From contig CAWJTV010000019.1 of the NCBI GenBank assembly GCA_963845755.1, forward strand, positions 256,001-320,000: a DNA stretch of 64,000 bases. The letters run 5' to 3'. Source of the stretch: an uncultured Planctomycetota bacterium (GTDB taxonomy: Bacteria > Planctomycetota > Planctomycetia > Isosphaerales > Isosphaeraceae). Shown here piece by piece: positions 8,974 to 19,672 of this stretch; the stretch's first letter is position 1, and each line of letters starts with the position of its first letter. A program made the translations under genes and the position numbers. The notes under the pieces are model-generated. The model was not told where the DNA came from and did not search any database. It saw nothing but the letters and a program-made list of their open reading frames with translations.

Positions 8974-11738
8974 GGGTGTTCGAACGGCTCCCAGGGTGAT
9001 TCGGGGTCGACCAACCGGCGTCTCAAACCGCGGGCCGTGGCGAGAAACTGCGCCAGCCAGGGCCGCGGCTCGGTCTGGCCTTTGCCGATGACGCCCGTCT
9101 TCCAGCTCCTCTGCATCAGCGCGTGAAACGTCTTCGCGGCGTGGTGCTCCAGTACCAGTGGATAAGGACCGTCAAAGCGCGGGACGAACTGGGACGGCTT
9201 CAAAATGCGCGTGGCCAGGATCACGGCCCGCTCTACCAGATGACGGAACGGCTCCTGAAGGTCGGCGGCGAGCGAGGCATAACGGCCGTCACTGGCGTGC
9301 AGGAACCCGACCGCGGGCGAAAGTCCCGCCGCCCGGCAGGCGGCGATCGCATGGCGGTAGAGCATCGTATGGCCCATGTTCAGCATCACGTTGACCGGGT
9401 CGCCGGCATCGGGCGCACGCGCAGATGAAACGAAAACCCCCTGCCGAGAAGCGAGGGGAGCCGCCGATACCACGCCGCCGCGCCCGACCCTTCATGCCCG
9501 CGCAGCGCGTCGAGCGACCCGGCCGTCATGCATTCCTCCGCCAGCTCGCGGAGCCGGACGGCGGTCGGTTCGCCGGGCTCGGTCGCGGCTTCCAGCAGGG
9601 CTGCGAAGTTCCGCAGCTTGGCCCGAACCAGCGGACGCGCCAGGAGCAGGGCGCATCGCCGGGTCGGCGGCAGCCAGGCATTGCAGCAAGATCGCCTCGG
9701 GATCGTCGGGTGGCTCGCTCACCAGATCGCCGATGGGCCAGCCCGCGTCGGAGAGCAGATGAACCGGAATCTTGCTGCGAAGGAGCTTGCCGGGAGCATC
9801 CGGGCTCCAGCCGGCCGGCCCCAGCACGATCAGCCGCTCCAGCGTGCTCAACGGGACGTCCTTGTCGTCGCTCTCGTCGGGGCCGCGAATCTTGAGTGAG
9901 TCGCCCACCACGTCCAGAAGCGTGATCCCCGGCCCAGCCACGATCACTCCCGCACCCACCTGGTGGGGCGTCTCCTGGGGCAACGCGAGCGCGAGCACCG
10001 ACGGCGTTCGATCAGCGTCCTTCCAGCCCAGCTCCTGCACCCGTCGCGGACCCGATGGCCCCGCGTACTGCCATCGCTCCTCATGACGAAATCGGTACCC
10101 CAGGAAGTCGAACGGCTCGCGGACGTCGATCACGGCGGAATCGGCGTTGAGCTGAAGCAGGAGATCGGCGGCCAGCTCCTGCGCGCGGACGTGCAGCCGC
10201 TCGGCATCGCCGCGTCGGCGCGTGAAGATCAGGAAGTCGTCCGCGTACCGGACCAGCCGTCCTCCCTCGTTCTCGATCGCTTCGTCGAACTGGTCGAGCA
10301 GCAGGTTTCCCAGCAGCGGAGAAAGGGGCGCGCCGGTGGGTATCCCCACGTCGCCCGGCAGCTCGGCCTCGACGAAGGACCACACCGCCGCCGTCGCTCG
10401 GTCGTCGCCGAGACAGGCTTCCAGCCGGTCGCGCGCGAGCTGACGCGGAACGCGATCGAAGAAACGGTCGAAGTCGGCGCGCACCGCAAAATGCCAGCCG
10501 TCGTTGACCAGGCGCTCGATGCGACGCGCCGCCGACGCGCGATTCAGTCCCCGACGCCAGGCGAATGAGGAGGTCTCGAAGAGTCGGTCCAGGGCCGGAC
10601 CCAGCCGCGCCAGGATCAATCGCTGCAAAGCCCGGTCCTCGACCGGCGGGATGCGCAGCTCGCGCGACGCGCCGTCAGCCGATCGCAAGACCACGCGATG
10701 AGCCTGGCCCGGCTGGTACGTGCCGGCCCTCAATTCTTCGGCGGCACGCCGGAATGCCTCGGGCTCGAGGTCATGCTCCGCGGCGGAATGTGAGATGGCC
10801 GCGGGCGAGAGGCAGAGATCCAGCAAGGGCCTGGCCCGCTGGCACTCGGTCGGATCGGGGCCAAGCTCCTCGATGCGGTAGCGACCAAAGCCGAAGTGCA
10901 GGTTCTTGCCGATGCGGGTGTACTGTCCCCACATCAGCGCCGCGACGGCGACCGGGTCGTGCACGGCGACGGTGATCCGCCCGAGCGCGCCCCGAGCGAC
11001 TTCCGCTCGTCGCGCCGCCCGTACTCGAGGTCGAGCCACGTCAGACGATTCGCCAGCAGCGTGATGGCCGAATCGTCAAAGGGGGCCTCGGCACCAGTAT
11101 CGGTATCGGTGTTATGATCGCGGCGACGTAGCCCGATGGCCGCGAGCCGCTTCTGGACGGTACGAAGGAACTGCCCGACGTGCAGGCCGGCGGCATCGGC
11201 GTAGCGATGTCCGGACTGCGCTTCGGAGCCGGGCCGTTCGAGCCGGAGCGGGCTGTGGAATCGAAGCGTCAGCGACTGGCCGGCCATGGCGTACAGCCGT
11301 TCGAGCTCCCGGTCGATCGTATCCAGACCGAGTGCCGCAAACGGTTCGCCCGGTGCCAGAGATCGTTTCGCGACGAGGTCTTGCACGTTGACGAGGTCGA
11401 AATTGCCTCCCAGCGCGACGGGCTTTCGCGGAGCGTCGTGCCCCACCCTGGCGAGCCCCTCGGAGATCGCGCAACCGCCGCAGCGCCATCGCGGGGTCGA
11501 ACTCGATGAGCGTGGCGCCAAAGGCAAAAAGATCGCCGGGCTCGTACCGATCGCGACACTGCTCCGGGGCATCCAGGAGCAATCCCTCCGGCATGTGCGA
11601 CGGCCGATCGGCGTCGTTCCCCCGAGCGGCATCACACAAGAGTGCGTAAAGGATGGCGTTCTGGTGACTGTGCAGAGTCCACGCCGATCGCGCGCGAAGC
11701 GTCCAGCGGACGCGGAAGAACGGTGTCTCGATTGACAT
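8970..11738 (-). CDS. cas1: Cas6-reverse transcriptase-Cas1 fusion (several frameshifts)
   Basis: N-terminal Cas6 with G-loop 'GQYTRIGKNLHFGFGRY'. RT motifs 'LRIPPVEDRALQ', 'ADFDRFFD', 'GIPTGAPLSPLLGN', 'RYADDF'. Cas1 motifs 'DPVNVMLNMGH', 'GFLH', 'LAADLQEPFR'. The Cas6 C-terminus, RT and Cas1 N-terminus share one frame (9492-11039). Confidence 0.88.
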
Positions 11739-11964
11739 CGATCCAGCTCCCGGATCATGAGGGGATTGGGAGAAGCGGGGCCGTCGGCTCCGACACGGGT
11801 CCCCAGCGTCGCCGGAATCCGTAATCGGGCAAGGAGCCGCCGTACCAGCCTTCCGGTCGAGCGATCAGGAAACGGTTTTGGGGCCGGTCCCCTGGGATCC
11901 GCGCGAACCGATCCGCGACGACGGCGCTCCGGTCGCAAGGGAACACGACGACAGTCAACCGCAC
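11735..11964 (-). CDS. Possible small degenerate Cas2-like protein (needs one frameshift)
   Basis: 'VRLTVVVF..DRSAVVADRFARIPGDRPQNRFLI' weakly resembles the Cas2 beta-alpha-'G.R.Q..F' pattern; lies directly upstream of the fusion gene. Confidence 0.25.
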
Positions 11965-12066
11965 ACCGGGGAGGATCCGCGCGGTCTCCCGGGCGCTCTC
12001 AGCCGGGGCTGTCGGTTCGTTCGGCAGTGATCCCCTGGGCAGAGCGGTTGGCCACTGGGAGTTTGG

Positions 12067-12680
12067 TCAGGCGATCAAATCCGTCGCAAGTTCCTGAGCC
12101 TGTTCGCGATCGTTTCTTGGTTGGCCAGACAGTTCGGAGAGCCCGTGGGCCACTTTCTTCGTGAACGACACCGTGATCCGATACCACGAGTAGCCTGCAA
12201 GCGCCGTAAGTAATACCCCCAAGAGGCCGACGAGCCAGGCCAACACGGCCTGGGAGACCCCGAACTCCGGCGCCACTGCCTGCCGATAAACAGCTCGCCG
12301 CACAGGGTGATGAGTGTGAAATTGAACACGGACGATCGGCAGATCCTTACCCTCGTCCTCATGTAATCGAACTGGCGGGACAGCCATTCGTCCCGCTTAC
12401 GGCCGAGGAGACGCGTCACGGTCGGGCCGTCGTCATGCATATATCTGCGTCGGATGCGTCAACTAATGGGATGGAGCAGGTCGTCAGCCAGGTTGTCGAC
12501 GAATACGCCAGCCGGGTAAAGAATCGGCAGCAGGGCTGCCGCGATGGCCACCTCCCACCCTTTGAGTTCCTTCAGCGCGGCGGGATCGAACCCGACGAAG
12601 CTCGCGACGAGCAGGCACAGCCAGATGCCCACCTGAACGCCGGAGATCAGCAAATCCACGAAGAGCAATGTCGTGTTCAT
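12067..12680 (-). CDS. CRISPR-associated ~200-aa membrane protein with about 4 TM helices (two frameshifts)
   Basis: Joined ORFs 12459-12680, 12075-12440 and 12067-12387: 'MNTTLLFVDLLISGVQVGIWLCLLV', 'LLPILYPAGVFVD', 'DYMRTRVRICRSSVFNFTLITL', 'LAWLVGLLGVLLTALAGYSWYR'. Start overlaps the NTPase stop. Confidence 0.7.
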
Positions 12681-13301
12681 GATTCTTGAAGGGCTGCAAC
12701 GCCTTGCGGGTTGACGGCGGGCTCCGGGGCGCTCGCCAGTCGGACCAGAAGCCGGGCTAACTCCCGGACCATCGGACGTTCGTGGACGGGCTCACCGCGT
12801 TCCAAACGATGGATCGAGCCGGTCAGGAGACCCGTGTCCTTCCAACGAACGTCATCTTCAATGCCCCCGTAGTCGCTCCAGATTTCGGCCACAACCGTCA
12901 GACCCACTCGAGCCGCGAACTCACGCCACTCGTCAAACGCACCGCGGTCGCCAGCCAGGAGTATGGCGTGGGTCGCCCCGGCGCTGATCTTCTCATTCTT
13001 CTCGTCGGGCACGCCCCCGATATCAACCAGCGTCAGTGGCTCCGCACAGTTTCTTACCGAATTGGCGACGAGTTGTACGAACTCGGGAGTGAATCGCGCT
13101 ATAGGCTTTCTTGTATGCCTGGGCCCTCGCGGAATCACGTCGAACGGTTTCCTGATACCAGGCTCCCTCACCGTCGGGACAGGCGGTGATGACATAGCAA
13201 TAGGGGGCGCCGGATATGTGCGACACCGCGTCCTTCAAACCCTGCCGCAGGCAAGACTTGCCCGACTGCGGTGGGCCGCACAAGACCACTTTGATGCTCA
13301 T
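12677..13301 (-). CDS. Csx3-associated P-loop NTPase (frameshifted)
   Basis: Walker A 'VVLCGPPQSGKS', 'ACPDGEG.W', Walker B-like 'LTLVDIGG', 'ATHAILL'; follows csx3. Confidence 0.8.
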
Positions 13302-13355
13302 CGAGCACTCTCCGAACTGTCACAATCCCAAGGAAAACCCCTCGGAGATGATCGA

Positions 13356-13671
13356 TTACTCCAGTTGCTGCCCCAGTTCGAAACTCGGGGTCATGGGTGA
13401 TACACACGACGTAGCCGGGGGAGAGTTTTGGATCGCGCCAGGCCAGCGCCTCGAACTTATGAGCGACCTCATGTGCAAGCACCACGGCGACGAGCACCGA
13501 CACCGGCCCGTTGAACTTGACGAGCTTCCCACCGGTCAGGTTCAGCTCTCTGATGGCCGCCACTGCATCGCGAATGATCTCCGGGTTCTCCGCCGGGGCA
13601 CCGAATGAGGTGCGCAGTTCTACAACTCCATGGGATTCTTCTATGATCTCGACCGTATAATGCTTCGCCAC
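13356..13671 (-). CDS. csx3: Csx3/Crn3-family ring nuclease, copy 2 (one indel near the C-terminus)
   Basis: 'GGKLVKFNGPVSVLVAVVLAHEVAHKF.ALAW.DPKL..GYVVCITHDP'; GTG start behind a GGAGGG RBS. Confidence 0.8.
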
Positions 13672-14111
13672 GTGCCCCTCCCATTGGTTCATCGCTCGTT
13701 GCGACAGCGCCGAAGCGATCGCACTCTACTGCGTCAGATCTCCACAAGCCCGCGGGCCTCTCACCAGCGGAAAGCCCGGGGGGCGGCGGACACTCAAGGT
13801 CGGCGGCCCGCGGCCCTGCCCATCGAGTTCGGAACCGAAGAGTATTCGCCGGGCTCCAACGAAGATTCAGGCTCCGCGCCGCCTGGGCAACTGGGTCAGC
13901 GGCCCAGCCCGCCGACCGCACACCTGATTGATCAGCATAAGCCACACCAGGGCGGATCCGCTACCGTGTGGCGTTCGAGAAAGACCTGGAGCACATTCAC
14001 GCTTGGATTGAGCACGCGGACTTGAGAAGCCGGTGCCGACAGATCGCGATCCCCCGACACTGGCACAGGACTGATCTCTTGGAGAGGCATGATTGACGAG
14101 ATCGGCGTACA

Positions 14112-14459
14112 TCAGGATGTGCCCATTGACTCACGCTCGCAACTCGCTTGTCCTCCGGTCGTTGGGCCAGGCCCCGCGGGGGCGGGAGTGGCCGGCGGCG
14201 TTACATCGATGACCTGGCCCTCATGCCACTCAGGGCGATGGGACGCCACGACGACGGCCCCCAGGCGGGGATCGTAGACGGCGATCGCCCCGGCCGGCGA
14301 GCCATGCAGGCGGTGAAAAGCGATGCCATAACGCCAGATCGGCGCGCGGCCCTCGATGACGACCAAGGCGCCGCGCGGGATCGTGGGCAACGACGGCAGT
14401 GGCTCCTCGGGCCGGATCGGCGCGGTGACGCCGATGGAGTAGAAGACGACATCAGTCAT
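14112..14459 (-). CDS. csx3: Csx3/Crn3-family ring nuclease, copy 1
   Basis: 'LVVIEGRAPIWRYG..FH.LH....IAVYDPRLGAVVVASH' classic Csx3 signature. Confidence 0.9.
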   Translation of the reverse strand: MTDVVFYSIGVTAPIRPEEPLPSLPTIPRGALVVIEGRAPIWRYGIAFHRLHGSPAGAIAVYDPRLGAVVVASHRPEWHEGQVIDVTPPATPAPAGPGPTTGGQASCERESMGTS

Positions 14460-14619
14460 CAAAGATGTCCCCGTTGTGATCCCGGACGATGGTCCTTGCC
14501 GCCATTTGGAGACCTCTGGTTTCGACTTTGGGTGATGGGCTAAGGCTATCTCCGACATTGGTGGGACGAGGATTCCAACTTGCTGCACGCTGGCCGCGCT
14601 CGCAACCGAGGACGCGGAG

Positions 14620-14837
14620 GTTTCAACGCCCTCGGCGCGGGCGAGACCTGTTAGGGTAGCAGCCAGTGCCATGCATGTCCCTTGCGAGACGTTTCAATCC
14701 CCGCTGAATCAGGGGTCACTTCGATCCGCAGCCCGAGACGAAAACAGCTCTCTCCTGTGTTTCTAATCCCCGCCGAATCAGGGGTCACTTTGATGTCGCA
14801 GCCAGTGCTATGCATGTCCCTTGCGAGTCGTTTCAAT
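14620..14837 (-). CRISPR. Degenerate hybrid mini-array: one heterologous repeat, two cognate repeats, one partial repeat, three spacers
   Basis: Cognate repeats at 14691-14726 and 14759-14795; GTTTCAAT remnant at 14830; a different 37-nt GTTTCAAC-starting hairpin unit at 14620-14656. Confidence 0.8.
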
Positions 14838-14839
14838 GT

Positions 14840-15094
14840 TCTTGGACCGGACGAGACACATAAATCTCGTGTCCTCCTCTTGAATTTACTCGGAAACCGA
14901 GGATAATTCAAGTATCGCGGGCGTAGAATTGGAGGGAGGGCAGAGTCTCTCCATATGTAGTGCTCGGTTGACCATTACGGAACGTGGTTTCATGACCTGT
15001 TATCATCGATGATTTCAAAAGCAGCCAACGTCATTCATGTCACCTTGGAGAGACTTCTCCAGAGCGATCCACTAATCCTATCTGGAGGAATTCC
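14840..15094. promoter_or_regulatory. AT-richer divergent promoter region between the two Cas arms
   Basis: Non-coding, lower GC; genes diverge on either side; GGAGG RBS before the ATG at 15095. Confidence 0.5.
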
Positions 15095-15440
15095 ATGACG
15101 ACCGTCTCACGATTCCAAATGGACCTGACTTCCGCCGAGCTGGGACTCATCGAGCGATGGATGCGCTTCGCAGGTTTCCGAACGAAGAAGGAGTTCCTGC
15201 TCAATGCGTTCACGCTGTTCCAGTGGGCTGCGAAGCAGGTCTTACTCGGCGCACGATCCTCGCCGTGAACGAATCCACAGGAGAAATCCGTCACCTGGAG
15301 ATGCCAGGCGCTGGCTGCGATCGGGGAAAGCTATCCACCGGGCACCCTCCTGACACCCGAGGAGACCCGACGGCGGGCTGCCCAACCGGGACAGCCTTTG
15401 GAAGAAGTCCTTTCGAAGCTTCGAAGAGGAGACCAAGATG
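15095..15440 (+). CDS. Putative antitoxin / ribbon-helix-helix-like protein (frameshifted, end approximate)
   Basis: Manual translation MTTVSRFQMDLTSAELGLIERWMRFAGFRTKKEFLLNAFTLFQWAAKQ...LLTPEETRRRAAQPGQPLEEVLSKL. Confidence 0.5.
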
Positions 15441-15744
15441 CCCAGGTCGCCTGTGGAGTGGACGCCGAAGGCGGTGGATGATCTCGCGAACATACAACGA
15501 TCATCCGGATTTGCACAACGAGATCACTTCCGTCGCGCAGGAGGTTGATAGCCAGCTCGCGAAAAACCCGCGACAATTTGGCGAGTGCCATCAGGATCCC
15601 GATGATCCTGACGGCACTGAAATGGGGGTTGCATTGGAACCCGTCAGCGCCGAGTTGCTGGTCCGCATCGAGTTCGAACTTGGGGACATCGTCAAAGTCG
15701 TCTCATTCAAGCCAGTGAAAAGGCGGAGGAGGAAGGCGGACTGA
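15438..15744 (+). CDS. Putative RelE/ParE-like toxin (one frameshift)
   Basis: MPRSPVEWTPKAVDDLA...EITSVAQEVDSQLAKNPRQFGE...LLVRIEFELGDIVKVVSF fits the RelE/ParE secondary-structure pattern. Confidence 0.6.
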
Positions 15745-15975
15745 TCCTCATTCGGGCCTGGAGGACAGATGCGTTGATTCCTCTCATGGGAGCGGGTAAG
15801 TTCTCTGAAGCGGGGACTGGCCGAGATGGCGTCGAGTCGAGACGCCGACGCCCCTGAGCGAGAACCCGCGCCGGTCTGCCGCCCGATGCCCTCGGGTCGC
15901 CGGGGGTTTGGGAATCGGCAGCGGTTCGAGGTTTGAACCAACCCCAGGTTGTGCCCTCATACAAAGGTTCCAACG

Positions 15976-17416
15976 ATGGGCCGCACCATTCGCGCCTCTT
16001 GCCCGGAATCCGAGGCCCCTGCTCTGGTAAAGCCTCCCGAGGGAGCCTGGAAGATTGGGGTTCGTCTGGTCACACCGTTGTTCGGAGGGGGACCTCGCCG
16101 GGCAGTACGACGTTGGCACACCGTTTGCCCCCAAGGCGATTCGCGGCCAGCTTCGGTTCTGGTGGCGCTCGTCGCGGGGTGGGCGCTTCCTCCCGACCCC
16201 GATCGATCTGCGGTTGAACTCATGAGCCTGCGGGAGACGGAGATCTTCGGCAGCGCCGAGTTGCCCAGCCCGTTCGATCTGATCGTCAGCGATGTGCGGC
16301 TCAACGGAGAGCGCCGCCTCGATGCGAAAGAGGAATACGAATTTGGGAGGTTGGGACCAGAGGCTTACGCGCTTTTCTCTGCGAAACAGAACAAGGTCGG
16401 GGCGATTGTGAAGGAAGGAGCGACGTTCACCCTCGAAGTGCGTTTGTCGTCGGCCCGGGCGTTCTCGCGAAGGCAGTCCATCGAACAACAGCGGCGTGAG
16501 GAATCGACGAAAACTGCTTCCGATGGCAAGCGCCGACCACTCGATTGCCTGGAACAAGAAGCTGTCCGGGATCATCTCCGCGCCGCGCCTGTGGGCATGG
16601 CTCAATCTCGGCGGCCTCGGCGCACGTACACGGCGGGGTGTCGGTTCCGTCACCACGGACAAGCAGGAATTCTCCTTCCTCGCGGACGGCAAGCTACGAC
16701 ATGCCCTCCCGGCGACGATCGTCTTGGCCGATCCTAAGCAGGGGACGACTGCGGCCCTGGCGTCGGGCAGCCGCAGTGGGAGTCTATCAGAGATTCCGCC
16801 AGGGATTCCGAAGGCCTCCCGGAAAGAAGGGCCCCGCACCGGGTCGCTCGAAGTGGCCTGAGCCCGACTCGCTGCGCAAATCGCAGGATGTGCCTTGGAG
16901 CCGCGCCAAGGCGACCCGCGCATCATTCCACGCCGGTCGTTCCCACTGAGACGATCCCTGGCTTCCCTCGCGCGGCCTTGGGCCTGCCAATGATCTTCCA
17001 TTTCGCCCACGGCGACGGGCCTGGCAAGGATCAGCCGCCCAAATCCTTCAAGGATCCAGCGGACGGATCTGAATCCCAAGATTGTTGGGTCGGATGCAAA
17101 ATCCCGCAGGGGAGCGGATGGCGAGCCCCGTCCTCACTCGTGCGGTGTGGATCGAAGGCCAATGCGGTGCCCGCGATCATCGTGTTGCGACATCCCCCGG
17201 CGTTGGACCGCTGATTTTTCCATTGGAACCACACCTGAACATCAAGGGCGTCAATGCCAAGGGGAACGCGAGGACAAATCGCGAGACGTCGCTCACGATC
17301 GGATCGTGAACCCGGCCTTCGCGACGCTCGAACCGATGCAGAAGCAAAGCAACGCACGGGACGCGCTCCTGGTCTTTGTCCGTGCGAACGGTTTCCGGGA
17401 CTTCCAAGGAAAATGA
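15976..17416 (+). CDS. cmr1: Type III-B RAMP Cmr1 (multiple frameshifts)
   Basis: 'LVTPLFGGG', 'ETEIFGS', 'WAWLNLGGLGARTRRGVGS', 'FPRAALGLP', 'RMASPV'. Confidence 0.85.
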
Positions 17417-19672
17417 GCCTGGCCATGGAATACCTGATGGCGGTCTCGATCGGCCCGGTGCAGGGATTCATCGCGGCGGCGAGACGGACCCGAGACTTCT
17501 GGATGGCTTCCACCATCCTGTCCGAGTGCGACAAAGCGGCCGCGCGCTGGATCGTCGAGCAGCCGCCCGGATCGGCGGATTCCCCCGATTAGAGCGGTTG
17601 ATCTTTCCGTCGCCACGCAACAGGTGGACGAGCCCAGCGAAAAGGATGCTCTCGCCGGGGCAGTGCCTCGACCTCAAGGCTTGGGATTTCACCGAGGATA
17701 ACACGTGCTCGCCATCGGAGCGACTTCAATGTTACGAACGTCTTGCTGTTCCGATTCCAGACCGAAGATCCCGGGGGAGGTTGTCGCTCTAATCCGCGAT
17801 GATGTGGTCGGACGATGGAGTTGGTTTGTCAAGCGGACTCTGGACCGCAAGGTCAGGGTCCTCGATGGGCCCCGGGCCGGCGAGGAATTGCCCGTCGAGA
17901 CCGACCTCTGGGATGCCGCCTTGTCGGGCCAACGCGAAGCCGCGAGAGACGTCTTTCAGAATTTCGCCGCCGGGGTCCCTATTGATGCCGCTCTCGGCAA
18001 GTACGGGGACGCGAGGAATCGCGTAATGAGGCTCCTAAATGGACGTAAGTCGTGTTGCGACTTCAAACCCTGGAAAGGGGTTGCCGGCCGGCCGAAATCC
18101 TCCTTGGACGGGGTCGCGCGAATCCGTCCTGAAGGAGCCTGTGGATCGCGTATTACCCTTGGACATTCGGCCGGGCGAACAGCTCGATCTGGTGGGGCTG
18201 GTCAAGCGACTCGAGTTCGGCAACGATGCGATCCGGTTCCCTTCCGTGTCGCGCCTGGCTGCCGACCCATGGATTCGGGCCGCATGCACGGACCCTCAGG
18301 CCAGAAAGAGCCTTGAGAAGATCGAGGCGATTTGCGAGGAACTTCGTGGGCTCAACCTGATCCGAAAGCGAATGTACTTTCCTAACGCGGCCAAGGAGGA
18401 CGATCCGCCAAAGTTTCCTTGGTGGGACGATTTCCCTTTCGAAGGATCTCCGTCGTCGTTCATTTCCCGCCACCGGGAACTGATGCCGGCAACATCCGGC
18501 ATTCGAGCCGGACTTCAAACCACGACCGGGTGAGGACCCGGTAGCGACCCGAAAGCGGGAGGAGCCGGTCGGATCACTGGAGAACCCGGTCCTCTCAGAT
18601 CGAGCAGAAGCTTGACTTGGTGGAAGATTTGGTAAGATGCATGAAGCCCTCTCTCTGCGAACCATCTCCTTATTTCGCCATCGTCGTGGCCGACGGCGAC
18701 GGCATGGGGCGGACGATCTCGTCCCTTGCATCGCTGGACGACCCCGATATTCACCGAGCCTTCTCGCTGGCCCAGTCTGTCTTCGACGACGAGGTGCGCT
18801 CCCACGATCGATGGGAGATCCCCTGCGGAAATCCGCGATCCGGGGTCCCGAGGGTGATTCGCGAGTGGTCGGATTTCATGGCGCCACCGTCTTCGCCTCC
18901 CGGTGACGACGTCCTGTGTTTTCTCCCAATCGACCAGTGCCTCGTCGGGGCGAGGATGATGCACGACCTGTTCGATCAGATCCTGCGCCGAGAGTTCGAA
19001 AAGTCGCCTTCAGGTGTGACCGCTCTCCGGCATCTTGAGGACCAGGGACCGATGCCGACTCTCTCCGTCGGCATCGCCATCGGACACTTCATGGAACCGC
19101 TCGAAGACCTCCTCGCTTTCGCGAAAGCCGCGGAGTATCGTGCGAAGAACCCGACAAAAGAGGACGTGCCTTTGCCGCCAAGTCTGCGCAACGGTCTGGC
19201 TCTCGCAATCCATCCTCGAGGCGGGGCGGCCTTTACCGTGCGCGATAACTGGTCCGGAGTCGATTCCCCCGGTTTCCAGCCCCTGGATCGGCGACTGCTC
19301 GAGTGGGCAGAATTACACCAGGAGAAAGTTCTCCCCACCAAAGCGGCCTATGATTTGCATTTGGCCTCGCGTTTTTACACGAACTGGAAGTCCAACACTG
19401 ATGCCGACAAGGAAGCCCTCCGGCGAGCCATCCGGTCGAATTGCCTCCGGTACTCGCGCGGGAGGCGGTTCCGCCGGTAGGGAGGATGACAGGAGGAAGG
19501 TGCGCGACCTAATCCAGAACGTCCGGAACACCTCAGATCTGGAGAGCCTGGCCCATGAGCTGATTGCCGGCCAGTGGATCGGTGATGCGTCCGGCAGGCA
19601 TCAGTCCCGCGGCCTGACGGCAATCAGCCAGGAGAACCGTCTCAACAGCACGCCCCCGGGGGAGTCGTCTGA
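17413..19672 (+). CDS. cas10: Cas10/Cmr2 without an N-terminal HD domain (multiple frameshifts, end approximate)
   Basis: 'SIGPVQGFIAAARRTRDFWMASTILSE', 'PKSSLDG', 'GEQLDLVGLVKR', 'YFAIVVADGDGMG', 'GDDVL', 'TLSVGIAIGH'. Confidence 0.9.

Noticed and set aside
9492..11039. RT as a group II intron, retron or DGR
   Set aside because: It is fused between Cas6 and Cas1, and I saw no maturase domain, msr/msd or TR/VR pair
11933..11942. 10-nt match (TCGCAAGGGA) between the duplicated mini-array spacer and the region upstream of cas6-RT-cas1, suggesting autoregulatory targeting
   Set aside because: Too short; expected by chance in 64 kb, and the flanks do not extend
13700..14110. Gene between the two csx3 copies
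   Set aside because: No frame gave a recognisable protein; indels may hide one, so no call was made
14460..14672. N-terminal extension of csx3 starting within the mini-array
   Set aside because: No Csx3 similarity before MTDVVF; it overlaps repeat and spacer sequence
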